Shown here piece after piece: positions 37,233 through 51,075 of a DNA stretch of 64,000 nt. Under the pieces are notes generated by a model. It was not told where the DNA came from. It ran no database searches and worked only from the letters and a program-made list of their open reading frames with translations. This DNA is from Paraspadella gotoi (Eukaryota > Animalia > Chaetognatha). Location: positions 1,975,740 through 2,039,739 of the forward strand of contig CM119263.1 in assembly GCA_051294375.1 (NCBI GenBank), in the 5' to 3' direction. Position 1 is the stretch's first letter; every line of letters begins with the position of its first letter. The translations under genes and the position numbers were made by a program.

Positions 37233-37280
<48 letters not shown>

Positions 37281-37285
37281 AAAAG
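36945..37285. repeat. (GAAA)n tracts around an ~80-bp insert that recurs inverted at ~41420-41510
   Basis: GCGAATCCACAATGCTG...TGGCGACTCTTATGTT is present at both loci, in opposite orientations. Confidence 0.85.
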
Positions 37286-37607
37286 AAAGCTAATGATAAT
37301 CTAGATGCTAAAATCGGTGACCAATTTGCTTTAAGTTTACGTTAAATGCTTTTTGTATTTAGGTATATATTTACTGACAGAGCAAATACTAAAACAAGAA
37401 TAACAACGACAACCGAAGTTGAATATCCGATGACACGAAAAACGAGCTGACTAATCCTGTTGTGATTAGGAACAACAACAACAACAGAAACAACAAGGCC
37501 TTCTTCTCTTGTTAATTTCCTTTAATGACAACTGGACGACGATGACGACGACGACGACGTTACAAATACGAACTCTAATCGAATTCTGAGTATGCTCCTC
37601 TCACACA

Positions 37608-37658
<51 letters not shown>

Positions 37659-37765
37659 CTCTCTCCTCTCTCCTCTTTCTCTTCGTCTCTCCCTCTTGCC
37701 TCTAATTAACACTCTCGGGAGTAGAAAATGGTTCGGTAAAACAGAATAAAACGGAGGAGAGCGAA

Positions 37766-37829
<64 letters not shown>

Positions 37830-37834
<5 letters not shown>

Positions 37835-37966
37835 AGGAAGAAGAGAGAGAGAGCGTGAGTCAGGTGGCGGGGATCGAGCGTCTTATTAACGAAAACCCCC
37901 TAGAAAATTATATCACAAGAAACTTGACAATCGAAAGTCGAGGCGTCGTTGTTGTCGTCGTTGTCT

Positions 37967-38047
<81 letters not shown>

Positions 38048-38165
38048 AGAGAGCGTGAGTCAGGTGGCGGGGATCGAGCGTCTTATTAACGAAAACCCCT
38101 AGAAAATTATATCACAAGAAACTTGACAATCGAAAGTCGAGGCGTCGTTGTTGTCGTCGTTGTCT

Positions 38166-38247
<82 letters not shown>

Positions 38248-38250
38248 GGA
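37830..38250. repeat. ~200-bp tandem duplication bounded by (AG)n
   Basis: GCGTGAGTCAGGTGGCGGGG...GTTGTCTGTTG occurs twice, nearly identical. Confidence 0.9.
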
Positions 38251-38394
38251 AGAGAGAGAGAGAGAGAGAGAAGAGAGAGATAAAGAGAGATAGAGATAAA
38301 GAGAGAGGGAAAGAGAGTGAGAGAATAAATTTGTTATTAAATTTAGCAAATGTATATACATATACATGTATTTTTTCAAAATGTATTTTGTATC

Positions 38395-40658
38395 AAATTA
38401 ACCGTCGCTGGATATAACCATATTAACCAAATTAACCGCCATCGGCTAGATATAACGCATATTATGACCCAAATTAACCGTCGCCTAGATATAACCATGA
38501 GTTGACACAAATTAACGCATGGCCCTAGATATAACCATATAGACCAATATTAAGCGTCGCTAGATATAAACCTGATATTAACACAAATTAACGCCTCGCC
38601 TGAGATTAACGCAATATTAACACAAAGTTAACCGGTACGCTGATATAACCCATATAACCAAAATTAACCCGTGCGCTAGATGTAACCAGAGTTCAACTAA
38701 ATAAACCGTCCGCTTAGATATAACCCATATTAACCAAATTAACCGTCGGTACCATTGACATTAACGCATCTATATAACCATATTAACCAAATAACCGTCG
38801 CTTGAGCTATCATATTACCATATTTAACCCGTGGCTAGACTATACACCATATTAACCAATAATTACCCGTCGCTAGATATAACATTATTAACCAAATTAA
38901 ACGCGTAGCTAGGATATACACCATGATAACATAAATTACCCGTCGGCCTAGATATAACCACTATTACACAAATTAACCGTCGTGTAGATATAACATATTA
39001 ACCAAATTAACCGTCGCCTAGATATAACCATATTAACCCAAATTAACGCGCTAGAGTATAACCATATAACCAAATTAACGTACGTGAATATAACCCATAT
39101 TAACCAAATTAAACGTCGCTAGATATAACCATATAACCAAATTAACCGTCGCTGATATAACCTATTAACCAAATTAACCGTCGCTAGATATAACCATATT
39201 AACACAATTAACCATTCGCCTGGATATAACCATATTAACCAAATAACCGTGGCTAGATATAAACCATATTAACCAAAATTAACCGTCGCTAATATAACCA
39301 TATTAACCAAATTAACCGTCTGGCTAGATATAACCATATTAACCAAATTAACCGTCGCTAGATATAACCATACTTAACCCAAATTAACCGTGCGCTAGAT
39401 ATAACCATATTAACCAAATTAACCGTCGCTAGATTTATAACTGCATTATTACCAAATAACCGTCGCATGCGACCTTATAACCCATATATAACCAAATTAA
39501 CCGTCGCTGGTACCATATTAACCAATAACCGGCTGATATACCTTTAACCAAATTAACGCTCGCTAGATATAACCATAATTAACAAATTAACCGCTCGCTA
39601 GACTACTCAACCCAATATTAACCAAATAACCGTCGCTAGATATAACCATTATTAACCAAATTAACCGTCCGCTGGAATATAACCATATACCAAATTACCG
39701 TGGCTAGATATAACCATATAACCAAATTAACCGTCGCTAGATATACCATATTAACCAAATTAACCGTCGCTAATGATCCAATAACCATTATTTAATCAAA
39801 CCATAAACGCGAATTACCGCTCGCCGACATATAACCACAATTAACCTGCCTTATATCAATATCAATATACTCCGTAGCTAGATAACTAACTCATATTAAC
39901 CACATAATACCCGTCGCCCTAAAATATAAACTCATATTAACCGAAATTAACCGTGGCTACTTATATACTATACCACTTATTAACCCAAAATTAACCGTCG
40001 CTGAGATATAAACCATATCTACACCAACCAAATTGAACGTGGCTAGACTGCATAACCATATTAACCTAAATTAACCGTCGCTACGATAATAACCCATATA
40101 ACCAAATATAAGGTCCAATAACCATATACAATTAACCTGTCGCTGGATCATAACCATATTAAACCAAATCTAACTGTGCTAATATCAACCCAATCATTAA
40201 CCAAATTAACGTCGCTACAATCTATAACCATATTAACCCAAATCTAAACCGCTGCTAGATATACACCATATTAACCACAATTATAGTAGTCCTCATAGCA
40301 TATTAACCCCATATTAACCAAATTACCCGCGCTCCAGCATATAACCAACTCAATCCAAATTAAACCGTCGCTGTCGAATTACCTATAACCTATATCTAAC
40401 CAAATTAACCGGTCGCTGCGACTCATACACCATATTAACCAAATTAACCCGTCGCTATGGATATACCATATTAACCCATAGCCATTAACCGTCGCCCTGA
40501 TATAAACCATATTCAACTAAAATTAACCGTCGGTTAACCATATTAACATTAATCGGCTAATAATAGAGCCATATTAACCAAATCTAACCGTCGTCTAGCA
40601 CTCTATCAACCATAATTAACTCAAATTAACCGTCGCTAGATATAACCATATTAACCAA
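38395..40658. repeat. 34-bp satellite, ~65 copies, consensus TAACCATAT-TAACCAAAT-TAACCGTCG-CTAGATA
   Basis: Tandem units directly visible, with heavy indel noise. Confidence 0.95.
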
Positions 40659-41515
40659 GGGTTCGGAAAACTGGTTACATCACGAAATCTCACGAAATGT
40701 CATTCGCTTTCCCCATCGTCCTGACTTAAAATGGAAACTCGTTTTACGAATGCACGTGAAGAGATCGTCGCCGTGAGAAAAAACTCATTCTTTTGTTGGT
40801 CCACTAACCGTTACCACTCCCTACCACTCCCTACCTCTTTCTACCACTCCCTATCACGCCCTTCCACTCCCTACCGCTCTCTACCGCTCTCTACCGCTCA
40901 CGAGGTCGTCTTTCTTTCTTAAGAATATTTCTGTTCTTTTCACTCTTTCCTTTTTTCTTTCTTTTTTCTTTCTTTCTTTCCTTCTTTCTTTCTTTCTTTC
41001 TNNNNNNNNNNNNNNNNNNNNNNNNNNNNNNNNNNNNNNNNNNNNNNNNNNNNNNNNNNNNNNNNNNNNNNNNNNNNNNNNNNNNNNNNNNNNNNNNNNN
41101 NNNNNNNNNNNNNNNNNNNNNNNNNNNNNNNNNAAAACAAGACAGAGCCAGAAAGCTGACAGAGAAGGATACCAGAAAGAAAAGAAAGAATAAGAGAGGA
41201 GAAAGAAGAGGAAGAAGCAACGACGCAAAGAATCTTCTTCCCACAAACACTGCGAGCCACATTGTCGTACTTTTCTCATTCGTAAGCCTCGTGAGTTCCG
41301 GGAGAGATCTCGACGGGAGGTGAGGCAAAGAGGTAAGTCACTGAGTGGGTTGGAGAAAAGGCGGAGGACGTGAGGAGGAGGAGTAGGAGGAAGAGGAGCG
41401 TCACGGGAATTGTGACCCTGAACATAAGAGTCGCCAACGATTTTCTGACGACTGCAATCAATTGGTTGCAGGAGCGTCGACGGCCAGATCCGCAGCATTG
41501 TGGATTCGCTTTTTT

Positions 41516-41546
<31 letters not shown>

Positions 41547-42234
41547 NNNNNNNNNNNNNNNNNNNNNNNNNNNNNNNNNNNNNNNNNNNNTTTTTTCTTT
41601 CTTTCTTTCTTTCTTTCTTTCTTTTTTTTTGTTTCTTTTTTTATTTTTTTCTCTCTGTCAGTCTCTCTCACTCCAAAAACAAAAACAAAATCAATTATTA
41701 ATGACTTGAAGAAAATTCATTTTTATCGAAAAATATGTCCAGAAATATTAAGAAGCGATATTATGTTATGTCGAGATATGGGAAGCTTTAATGCGGAAAA
41801 AATCTCTCCAAGAAGAATGCGATCAGTGCAAAGTTTTTGACAATGAAAATCATTTTCATTTTCTGCAAGAAATGGAAACACATAAACTACCTACATAAAG
41901 ATGATAAAGCCCTTTTGAAAATGTTTTTGTGAATGACAGAGAAAAATTACTATCAATCATTAAAAAAATAACATTTGTTTGGAACATAAAAACTGCCAAA
42001 GGTGCCATGCAAACTTAGTAATTTAACCTATTTTCTATTTGTATATTATGTAGATATAATTTTTCTTTGTAAGTACATAAATGTATGTATTGTTCTGTAA
42101 CATATTTTATTGATAATGGGTTAAATGTCACATTTTGGAGCATTATAAATCAAATCAATCAAATCTCTCTCTATCCTGAGTCCCTCTCTCTCCTCCTCTC
42201 CTCCCCTCCTCTCTCCTCCTCTCTCTCTCTCTCT

Positions 42235-42277
<43 letters not shown>

Positions 42278-42919
42278 TCTCTCTCCTCTCTCTCCTCTCT
42301 CACCAGTTTTCAATTTTCCGACCGCCCTTTTTTTTTGCCTTTACGACTTGGAGTAGCGACGACTCGACGAATGAGCCTCACTACCGTCTTGAAAATCGAA
42401 ATAGAAATTTTGTCACAAACCCAAATCAAACTTTAGTGGCGATTTGTTCGTCTGTCGATTGCTCAGTCTATCAGTAGCTAACAATACATATTTCAATTAG
42501 AACAACCAATATGAAATTAACCATCATTTACAGTAATATATAAGCTATGGTAGTTTAAGAACTCATTCACTCTTACAAGATAATGACAGAGCAATCAAGA
42601 CTCAATCTCAGTTTATTTACTCCCAATGTACCTGGCTTTCCTATCAATGAAGTGGTATAATATTTCAAAGAATCTTTCAATTGTAAAAAAATATCGAGAA
42701 ACGAGAAAGAAAGATTTTTTATTATTTTGTCTATTGTGAGCTCTTAAGTATGACCATAAATTTGAATTTTGTTCTTCCACTTAAGAATTCTATGCGCTAT
42801 TCAACAATTTATATAATATCTATCTCTTTATCATATGGTTAGTCTGCTCTATATTGCTCCTTCCGAGCTTCTGCTTCATCGCTTCGTGTCTCGCTCTCGC
42901 TTTCGCTCTTACTCTCTTC

Positions 42920-42955
<36 letters not shown>

Positions 42956-43164
42956 CTCTGATCTTCTCTCCTCTCTCTCTCTCTCTCACCAAATCTCCAT
43001 TTTTTTCGCTACGCCGGCACCATAACAGTTCCCACATTTAACGCTACCCCACTCCAGCTGACGTGACCAGCACTACACAATGTAGTTTATCGAATCCACT
43101 ACAGTCCATATTTTCGCCGCTGGATCCGACTTTCTATTCTCACTCTCTCTCCTCTCTCTCTCTT

Positions 43165-43236
<72 letters not shown>

Positions 43237-43244
43237 TCCTCTCT

Positions 43245-43288
<44 letters not shown>

Positions 43289-43290
43289 CT

Positions 43291-43328
<38 letters not shown>

Positions 43329-43499
43329 CTCTCTCTCTCTCTCTCCCGCCACTGCATATTTTTTATTAAGATTTACGCTTTTGCTCTCAAACTTTTATTT
43401 TGAGCAGCGAAGAAGGCGGGTTTTCTGGTCAGCGACAGAGGAGGAGCGCAGAACGTCGACGTGGATGGAAAATGAAGAAAGAGAAGAGAGAGAGAGATG

Positions 43500-43549
<50 letters not shown>

Positions 43550-43551
<2 letters not shown>

Positions 43552-43955
43552 TTTATTTCTTCTCAATTACACACTTTCCTACCCTCATACAAAATTATAA
43601 GTCAATCGCTCCTTTCCATTTTAACTCATTTCCACTAAGACGATTCCATCGAAACTTGGTTTCCAGCTCAATCACACACTTTCCTACCCACACACAAAAG
43701 TTCATTCCAATCCATCCATCAAATCACGAGTAATTGGGTAGGTGGGACAGACGGACGGACGGACGGACGGAAGGACGACCGGACGGACGGACGGACAGAC
43801 AGACGGACAGACGGACGGACGGACATCATTTTTTTGCATAATTTATCCTAATTCGATGTTCTGACATGATATAAGTCAATTCCCGACAAGATTGGTAGGT
43901 AGACCGACAGACCGACAAAGTAATATAGAGCCGGAATCTGCAGTAAGCAGACTGT
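43550..43955 (-). mobile_element. DINE-1/Helentron-like family 1 copy (5' part, reverse orientation)
   Basis: Reverse complement of 21610-21910, including the GACG/GACA microsatellite and CGACAAGATTG. Confidence 0.65.
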
Positions 43956-44124
43956 TCATGATTAACTATTCGAATTTTGATCTGCAACTTTTACTACGCC
44001 TTAATGTACAGGGTCATAAGCAATACATAAGTACTTTATTGTTTTATAACATGAAAATCTTTACACAAATAATACATGATCGTACTTATCCGGGTTTGAG
44101 CATTGTTCTAGCACGCACCAATTG

Positions 44125-44196
<72 letters not shown>

Positions 44197-44612
44197 CTAC
44201 CTGATTTAAAGCGAATAAACAATCAAGTAGTCAAAACAAATCGAGACGAAAAAAGAAAAAAAAATTATCCTTTTGTTGTTTTTTTTCATCGATTTTATTC
44301 CAACTTTAATCGATGTTTTCGTCTCGAAAAAAAAAAGACAATTTTAATAAAGAAAACGGAAAAATTTTTAAATTTTATGTCGAAAAATAAATTATGCTTT
44401 ATAAACAAACAAAACTTGACGCGCCTCTCTCGAGGAAAAAAAAATGACTGAAATCTAAGGTGGTGGAACAAATCGTAATAGACTAATCAATAACCGATTA
44501 ATAATAATCCATAATAATAATAATAATAATCGATTAATAATCGACTAATCGATAATCGATAATCACTAAAACCAAAAAACAAAAAACTGAGGCGACTTGT
44601 TGTCAACCCACG

Positions 44613-47208
44613 ATGCTCTTCCTCATCCTTCCCCTCTTCCTCCTCCTCCCTCTCCCTCCACCATCTGCCGCCAAGAAGTCAACTGGTCTTCTCGACACCA
44701 ACGAGGATTGGCATTTTCTGGATCGATTCTGCTTCGTTTCCGACAATGGCCGACTCCAGTACGAATTCCGCTATCCTCGCCAGTACGAGATCCAGTCGCT
44801 GCTCCTGTACCACGACACGGCGGACCAGTGGGACTCGGTCTACAAGACGACCACGGTCATGACCTGTCTGCAAAAGGAGAGCGTGCTCAACCCGCTGCAC
44901 TACCAGATCGTTCCGCTCAAAATAGGGACTTACCCTTCTTGCGTCATCAGGGACGAATGGTACGTCTGCAAAGGAGGAACTTACTTTCGTTCTAACAGGG
45001 ACAGATGGTGGTACCTCGCCGTCTCCAACTGCAACAGGGAGAGAAGTTCCCGCGGACTCTACATCAACTACACGCTGCACATGACCAACGGGGCGGACAG
45101 TTTTAACAAAGAATTTTCATGCGATGAGCTCTGGATGCTGCAGGTGATGATAGACGAAGTGAAATTTGAGAAACAAATCTATTTTTAGACGAGAGACTTT
45201 CTCTTTTTCAATTCTCATTTTAATAATTTAGAAATTTACATAGATAATTTCTCATGTCTTGTTTTTTTTTTTTTATCATTTTAAGAATAATTATAAAAAG
45301 GATGTTAAAAATTTGCTTCAATTTCAAACTAATATTATTGTTACTAAAGTAATTTATAAATAATATTTAATTTAGATAATAAGATTTCAAGAAATAAAAC
45401 TGATAAAATAAGATATTAAATAATTATGAAGTAATTTTGCAAATTTTATAAGAGAAATTAAAAAAAAGAACATGACTAAAAAAAACTACCCTACATCAGG
45501 CCGACATGATGTTCCTCGTCTTCTACCTCATTGTCGGCGGAGTGTCGGTCTGGTTCGCCAAGAAGCTCCGCTCCCAGCAGCTCCTCCACACGACCTTCAA
45601 GCTCTTCCTGGCCTCGGTCGGCATCCGCCTTCTCTCTCTCATCATCTCCGTCTCGGCGGGAAACAACTACGCCTCCTCGGGGGAGAGAAACGGAACGAGT
45701 TTCGAAGCCGCGGAAATAATCGCAGTCTTTTCCGTTCTCGTATTCATGCTGCTCACCATCCTAATGGGCAAAGGGTACACGGTGACCAGGGGCAAGCTGA
45801 GTCACACCGGCACCATCAAGATCGCCGTCTTCACCCTGCTCTATCTCTTCTTGAGCATCACGGCGATCGTCTACCAGCTGGTCACTTTCGATCCGGGACT
45901 GGTTGTCTACAAGTACGACTCGATCCCCGGGTATCTTTTCGTCACTCTCAAATTCCTCGGTTGGCTCTGGTTCACTTACGCTTGCTTCTTCACCGTCAAG
46001 CATTATCCGGATAAGCGGAGATTCTATTTTCCTTTTTATCTCTTCTACACATTTTGGTTTTTGGCAATGCCCGTTTCCATCATGATCTGTCAGGTAGGAC
46101 GTTTTTTGCAAGTAGTGTTCCTTTAAGAATATCTCTCTCTCTCTCCCTCTTCCTCTCTCTCTCCACCCCTCTCTCTCTCTCTCTCTCTCTCTCCCTCTCT
46201 CTCTCCCCCTCTCTCTCTCTCTCCCCCTCGCTCTCTCTCTCTTCCCTTTCCATCCCGTTCTTGATAAAACAACTTTGAAAGACATCGTAAATCAATAACG
46301 CTGGCAAGGCGCGCCACCATCGGCAAATAAGAAAAATAGATTTTCCGATCAAAAAACTAACGAACGATTCTTTCCTTGTTTTCTGCCCTTTAAACAATGT
46401 CCCTTTATGTTCCTTTTTTCTCCTTTCTTTTTCCTTTATTTTCCTTTTTTCCTTTCCTTTCCTTTCCTTTCCTTTCCTTTCCTTTCCTTTCCTTTCCTTT
46501 CTTTTCCTTTCCTTTCCTTTCCTTTCCTTTCCTTTCCTTTCCTTTCCTTTCCTTTCCTTTCCTTTTTTTATCTTTTCTTTTCACTTTTTCCCCTTTTTTT
46601 GTCCTTTTCAAAGTTTCTCTTTTTCATTTTCCATTCCTCATCCTTCATCCCACTCAACTTACCCCACAACTTACCCCACAACCTTCTCCCCACCTCTCCA
46701 CTCCCCCCCCCCCACACCCACAGACCTCCGTAGAGGACTACCAACGCATGAAGATCACCCACGGGGTCGATCTCGGGATCGCCTTCTTCGGTCACGTCCT
46801 CTTCCTCGTACTCACCCGACCCATGGCCGCCAACAAGAACTTTCCTTACCACGTGAGGACGACGCAGATCGGTGTGGTGGGCGGGTCGGCGCCGGGCGAA
46901 GGCAGTTTTCAGCCGGGCAAAGAGGGAGACCTCGTCAATTTGCTCAACGAAGCTCCTCCGGATTACGAGACGGCGACCGGATATCGTCCGGCGATTTTCG
47001 ACATCTTCACAGTCGCCCGTTCCTTGGTCGATCAGCGGCCGCCGCTGCCGGGAGAACGGGCGCCGCCGCCGCCGCCGCCGACAGTGGCGACGGCGCCGCC
47101 AAAGACGCCGGCGTCGTCGAAGAAACGGAATGTCCGAGCGGAGGCGTTGACGATGGAAAGTCGTCAAGATTCCGGCGTCGATCTGTTGGCGCCATCTGAA
47201 GCGGCGGA

Positions 47209-47240
<32 letters not shown>

Positions 47241-47608
47241 AGAAGAAGAAAAAGAAGAAGAGAATTAAGGAGACGACGGCGTCGATTGAAGAACCACCAT
47301 CCGCGCCTCCAGTGGCGTCACCTTCGGGACATCCGGGTTACCCGGGACCAGGAGGACCGCCAGGGGGACCGCCAAGAGGCCCACCGAGAATGGGTCCGCC
47401 AGGAGGGCCTCCTAGGGGGCCACCGATGGGATATCCAGGCCACGGAGGGCCTCCGAGAGGGCCTCCGCCCCCGATGGGTTATCCGATGGGGACGCCGATG
47501 GGATATCCGGGGCCGGGCGGACCCCCTAGGGGTCCCCGACCGAACGGGCCTATGGCAGGACTACCCCGTCCGGCTTTGCTGCCTAGAAGAATGAATCAAA
47601 GGTATTGA
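44613..47608 (+). CDS. TMEM145: TMEM145-like protein (GPR180/TMEM145 family, lumenal domain plus 7TM). Exons 44613-45143, 45500-46093 and 46724-47608, ~669 aa
   Basis: Signal peptide, then DWHFLDRFCF, LLLYHD..QWDSVYK, CLQKESVL, RWWYLAVSNC, MTNG....EFS.DE, LLHTTFKLF, GKGYTVTRGKL, FDPG.V.Y.YDS.PGY, KHYPDK..FY.PFY..YT.WF.A.P and LTRPMAANKNFPYHVRTTQIG. Both introns are GT-AG and phase 0. Confidence 0.92.
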
Positions 47609-47728
47609 TAAATGTATAATTGTATATATTAACTATATATCAAAATCAAAATTGACAACTGTATATTAAAATTTCTTTTACTTTTGTCGATAATTCTAAC
47701 GGATTAAATTTTGTAAAATGATGAGTAC

Positions 47729-47734
47729 AATAAA
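47729..47734 (+). promoter_or_regulatory. Candidate polyadenylation signal for the TMEM145-like gene
   Basis: AATAAA 120 nt after the stop, followed by a GT-rich stretch. Confidence 0.45.
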
Positions 47735-48310
47735 ATCACTACTGTTGTGTAATACTTTTTTCGAGAAGTTATATTTAAAAATAGAAGTACTAATTAAAAG
47801 TTTGAAGGTAAATGCCAATATTTTGTAAATGTTTTATTTAATGAAATTGTACCTATCGAAGCAACCGAATTGTACTTTTCCACACCTTAGGGACTTGAAT
47901 TCAGATAAAGCAGTTCTTTTGATTCCATTTATCGTCAGCATTTCCTTTCCCCCGTCCCATCCGCCCTCCCTCCCCGCATTCGTGGGCGCCGCCATTTTTT
48001 CATTTTCTTCCTACGATTTTCCTAATCGAATTTAAGAGACTCAATTTATTTTTTTCTCGTCAACGCGACTCGGGGCACCCATCTTCCTCGCCTTCAAACT
48101 CTTGCCGGATCCTCACATACTCGGCTTCGTCACATAAGTCACACTCACACAGACATAAACTCACTGACTCCCAGACACACAGACTCAGCATCACCATAAC
48201 AGAAGCGAGCCTCCCACCTCCATCTTTGGAGACGCCGGCGGGCGACGGTTCCCGGATCGGGTCTCGACTCTCGATCCAAATCGAATCGAAGAATACCAGA
48301 TGAATTCCCA

Positions 48311-48419
<109 letters not shown>

Positions 48420-50649
48420 TTTTCACCCCCCATGGTACCAGCCTAATTCTTCACATTCAATATTTTGTCTTCTCCTTTTTCATCTTCTCTCTTCTTATCT
48501 TTGTGAGTTTGTCTTTCGAGAAATTTTAAGAAATTGCGTCGAGGAAAAAGTCTAAATTTGAACAACATGAAAAAAATAAAACAAAGAAAAAACAAAAAAA
48601 AACAAGAATCGTCAAATTCGATGCGTTGCGCCTCTGTGATCACGTGACTGTACAAGTGTGAAATCATCATATGGTTTAAGCAGAGGGAACAAACGGTTAT
48701 GACTGGTCATGTGATGGTTTTAAAGGTTATTACGTGACTAAACAAGTACGATACATAAGCACAGTCAAGGTCTTTTTGTACATTACATTACATTACATTA
48801 CATTACATTACATTACAAGTGCAACAGACTAACGACTGACCGATCGACCGACACCCAAGTGTCTTATTGGGCTAAAAACTAAAAGAAAGAAAGAAAGAAA
48901 GAAATAAAGAAAGAATCTTAGTATATCAAGAGGTTTTCGAAAACAATCATTTTTTTATCCGTTGGATAAACGGTTGAAGTTCTTCCAATTTCATTTTCAA
49001 TTCTGCGACGAGATAATGTTACACCGTCATAAACCTTCGAGTTTAATCTCGTTATTATAAGTTATGGGTTTTAACATAATTCGATAACTTGTGTATCTAT
49101 TTTAATAGGCTACAATCACTGTCGCCGTTTTGGCTCTCTTTTCCAAAAGCGACCACAATTTAATTATAATCTTAGTATGTAACTTTCTTCTGTTACCATC
49201 CCTAACCCTAACTTAATTCTTAATCCCAACCCTAAAACGTAAACATTAATCTTAAATCCTTACCCATAACCTTAAACGTAAGTTCCGAACACTAACCCTA
49301 ATTGCTGGCCTAAAACTTAACCACAATCCTTAACCTAAAAATTACTAATAATCAGGGCGTTCTGGGAAAATAAGGCCGAATATTGAAACGTTTCAATTTC
49401 CATGTGTGATAAAACTATTTTTTGCTATTGGCAACTGCAAAGTGCAATTCTGCCGGCATCGCGATCCCTCCGTTAACCTTATCCTGGGAAATGGAATGGG
49501 GAGAGGAAAATGGATAGGGGGAAAGGGAAATAAGGGGAATGGGAAATGGAATGGAGAGAGGAAAATGGATAAGGGGATAAAGGAAATAAGGGGAAAGGGA
49601 AATAAGGGGAAAGGGAAATGGAATGGGGAGAGGAAAATGGATTAGGGGAAAGGAAATAAGGGGAATGGGAAATGGAATGGGGAGAGGAAAATGGATGGGG
49701 GAAATGGAAATAAGGGGAAAGTGAAATGGAATGGAGAGAGGAAAATGGATAAGGGGGATAAGGAAATAAGGGGAAAGGGAAATGGAATGGAAGAGGAAAA
49801 TGGATAAGGGGAAAGGGAAATAAGGGAAAAGGGAAATAAGGGAAAAGGGAAATTGAATGGGGAAAGGAAAATGGATAAGGAGGACAGGAAAATGGGAAAA
49901 AGGAAAATGGGGAAAAATAGAAATAGAATGTGTAGTGGAAAATGGAATGGGGGAAAAGGGAAATCGCAATGGGGAGAGAAAAATTGGATAAGGGGGTTAA
50001 GGGAAATGGGGAAAGGGAAATGGGGGAAAGGGAATTGGAGAAATGGGGGGAACAAATAATAGAAGAAAAGGGTAAAGGGGGAGAGGGAAATGGAATGGGG
50101 AGAGGGAAATGGATAAGGGGCATAGGGAAATAAGGGAAAAGGGAAATTATATGGGGAGAGGAAAATGGAAATGGGGAAATGGAAATGGAGAAGGGAAAAA
50201 GGGGGAACGGAAAATGGGGGAAAGGGAAATGGGGGAAAGAGAAATGGATAAGGGGGATAAGGGAAATGGGGAGAGGAAAATGGGGGAAAGGGACAGGAGG
50301 GGGAAAGGGGAAATGGAATGGGGTAAAGAGAAAGGCAATGGGGAGAGAGAGCAATTGATAAGGGGGATAAGGGAAATAGGGAAAGGGAAATGGGGGAAAA
50401 TGGAAATGCAATGGGGAGAGGGAAAAGGATAAGGGGATAAAGGAAATGCGGGGAAAGGTAAATGGGAGAAAAGGAAATGGAATGGGGAGAGAGAGAAGAA
50501 AATGGATTGGGAAGAGAGAAAAAAGTGCATTTGGGGAAGAGACGAAAATGGAAAACCTAAATCTTCATTTCGTGACAAAGAAATCGATAAAAAGGCCGAC
50601 TATGAACACGACGACGACGACGACAACGACAACGACGACGACGACGACG

Positions 50650-50687
<38 letters not shown>

Positions 50688-51015
50688 GACGACAACGACG
50701 ACGACAACGACGAAGACCAAGCAAGTAGTCCCTTGGTTATTTGGCTCGAGAAAAGCAATGAATGGATTTAAGCAAAAGAAAAAGTCCAAGGCATTTGAAT
50801 GAGAATAAGATCGAGGTTATTTCATCATTAAAACTTATTATTGTTTTTAAATCCTTTCTTAATCTATTACAAATGTAAAAACTAAATTAAAAAAAAATTT
50901 TCTTTATAATTATATTCGACTCGTGAAAAAGATCTCGCGTTGTACTTTTCTTTTAAAGCTTCTTGTGATCGTCAGGTGATACTTAACGAAGACCTGAAAG
51001 CCCTCTTCACGCCCA

Positions 51016-51075
<60 letters not shown>

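Noticed and set aside
38395-40658. CRISPR-like appearance of the ~34-bp repeat array
   Set aside because: Units are head-to-tail with no unique spacers, there are no cas genes and the context is eukaryotic.
42085-43733. Poly-ER and poly-LS ORFs here and throughout the window
   Set aside because: They are translations of (AG)n/(CT)n microsatellites.
46397-46723. N-terminal FPFLS-repeat part of the 403-aa ORF
   Set aside because: It is intron 2 of the TMEM145-like gene, containing (CTTTC)n; the exon starts after CAG at 46724.
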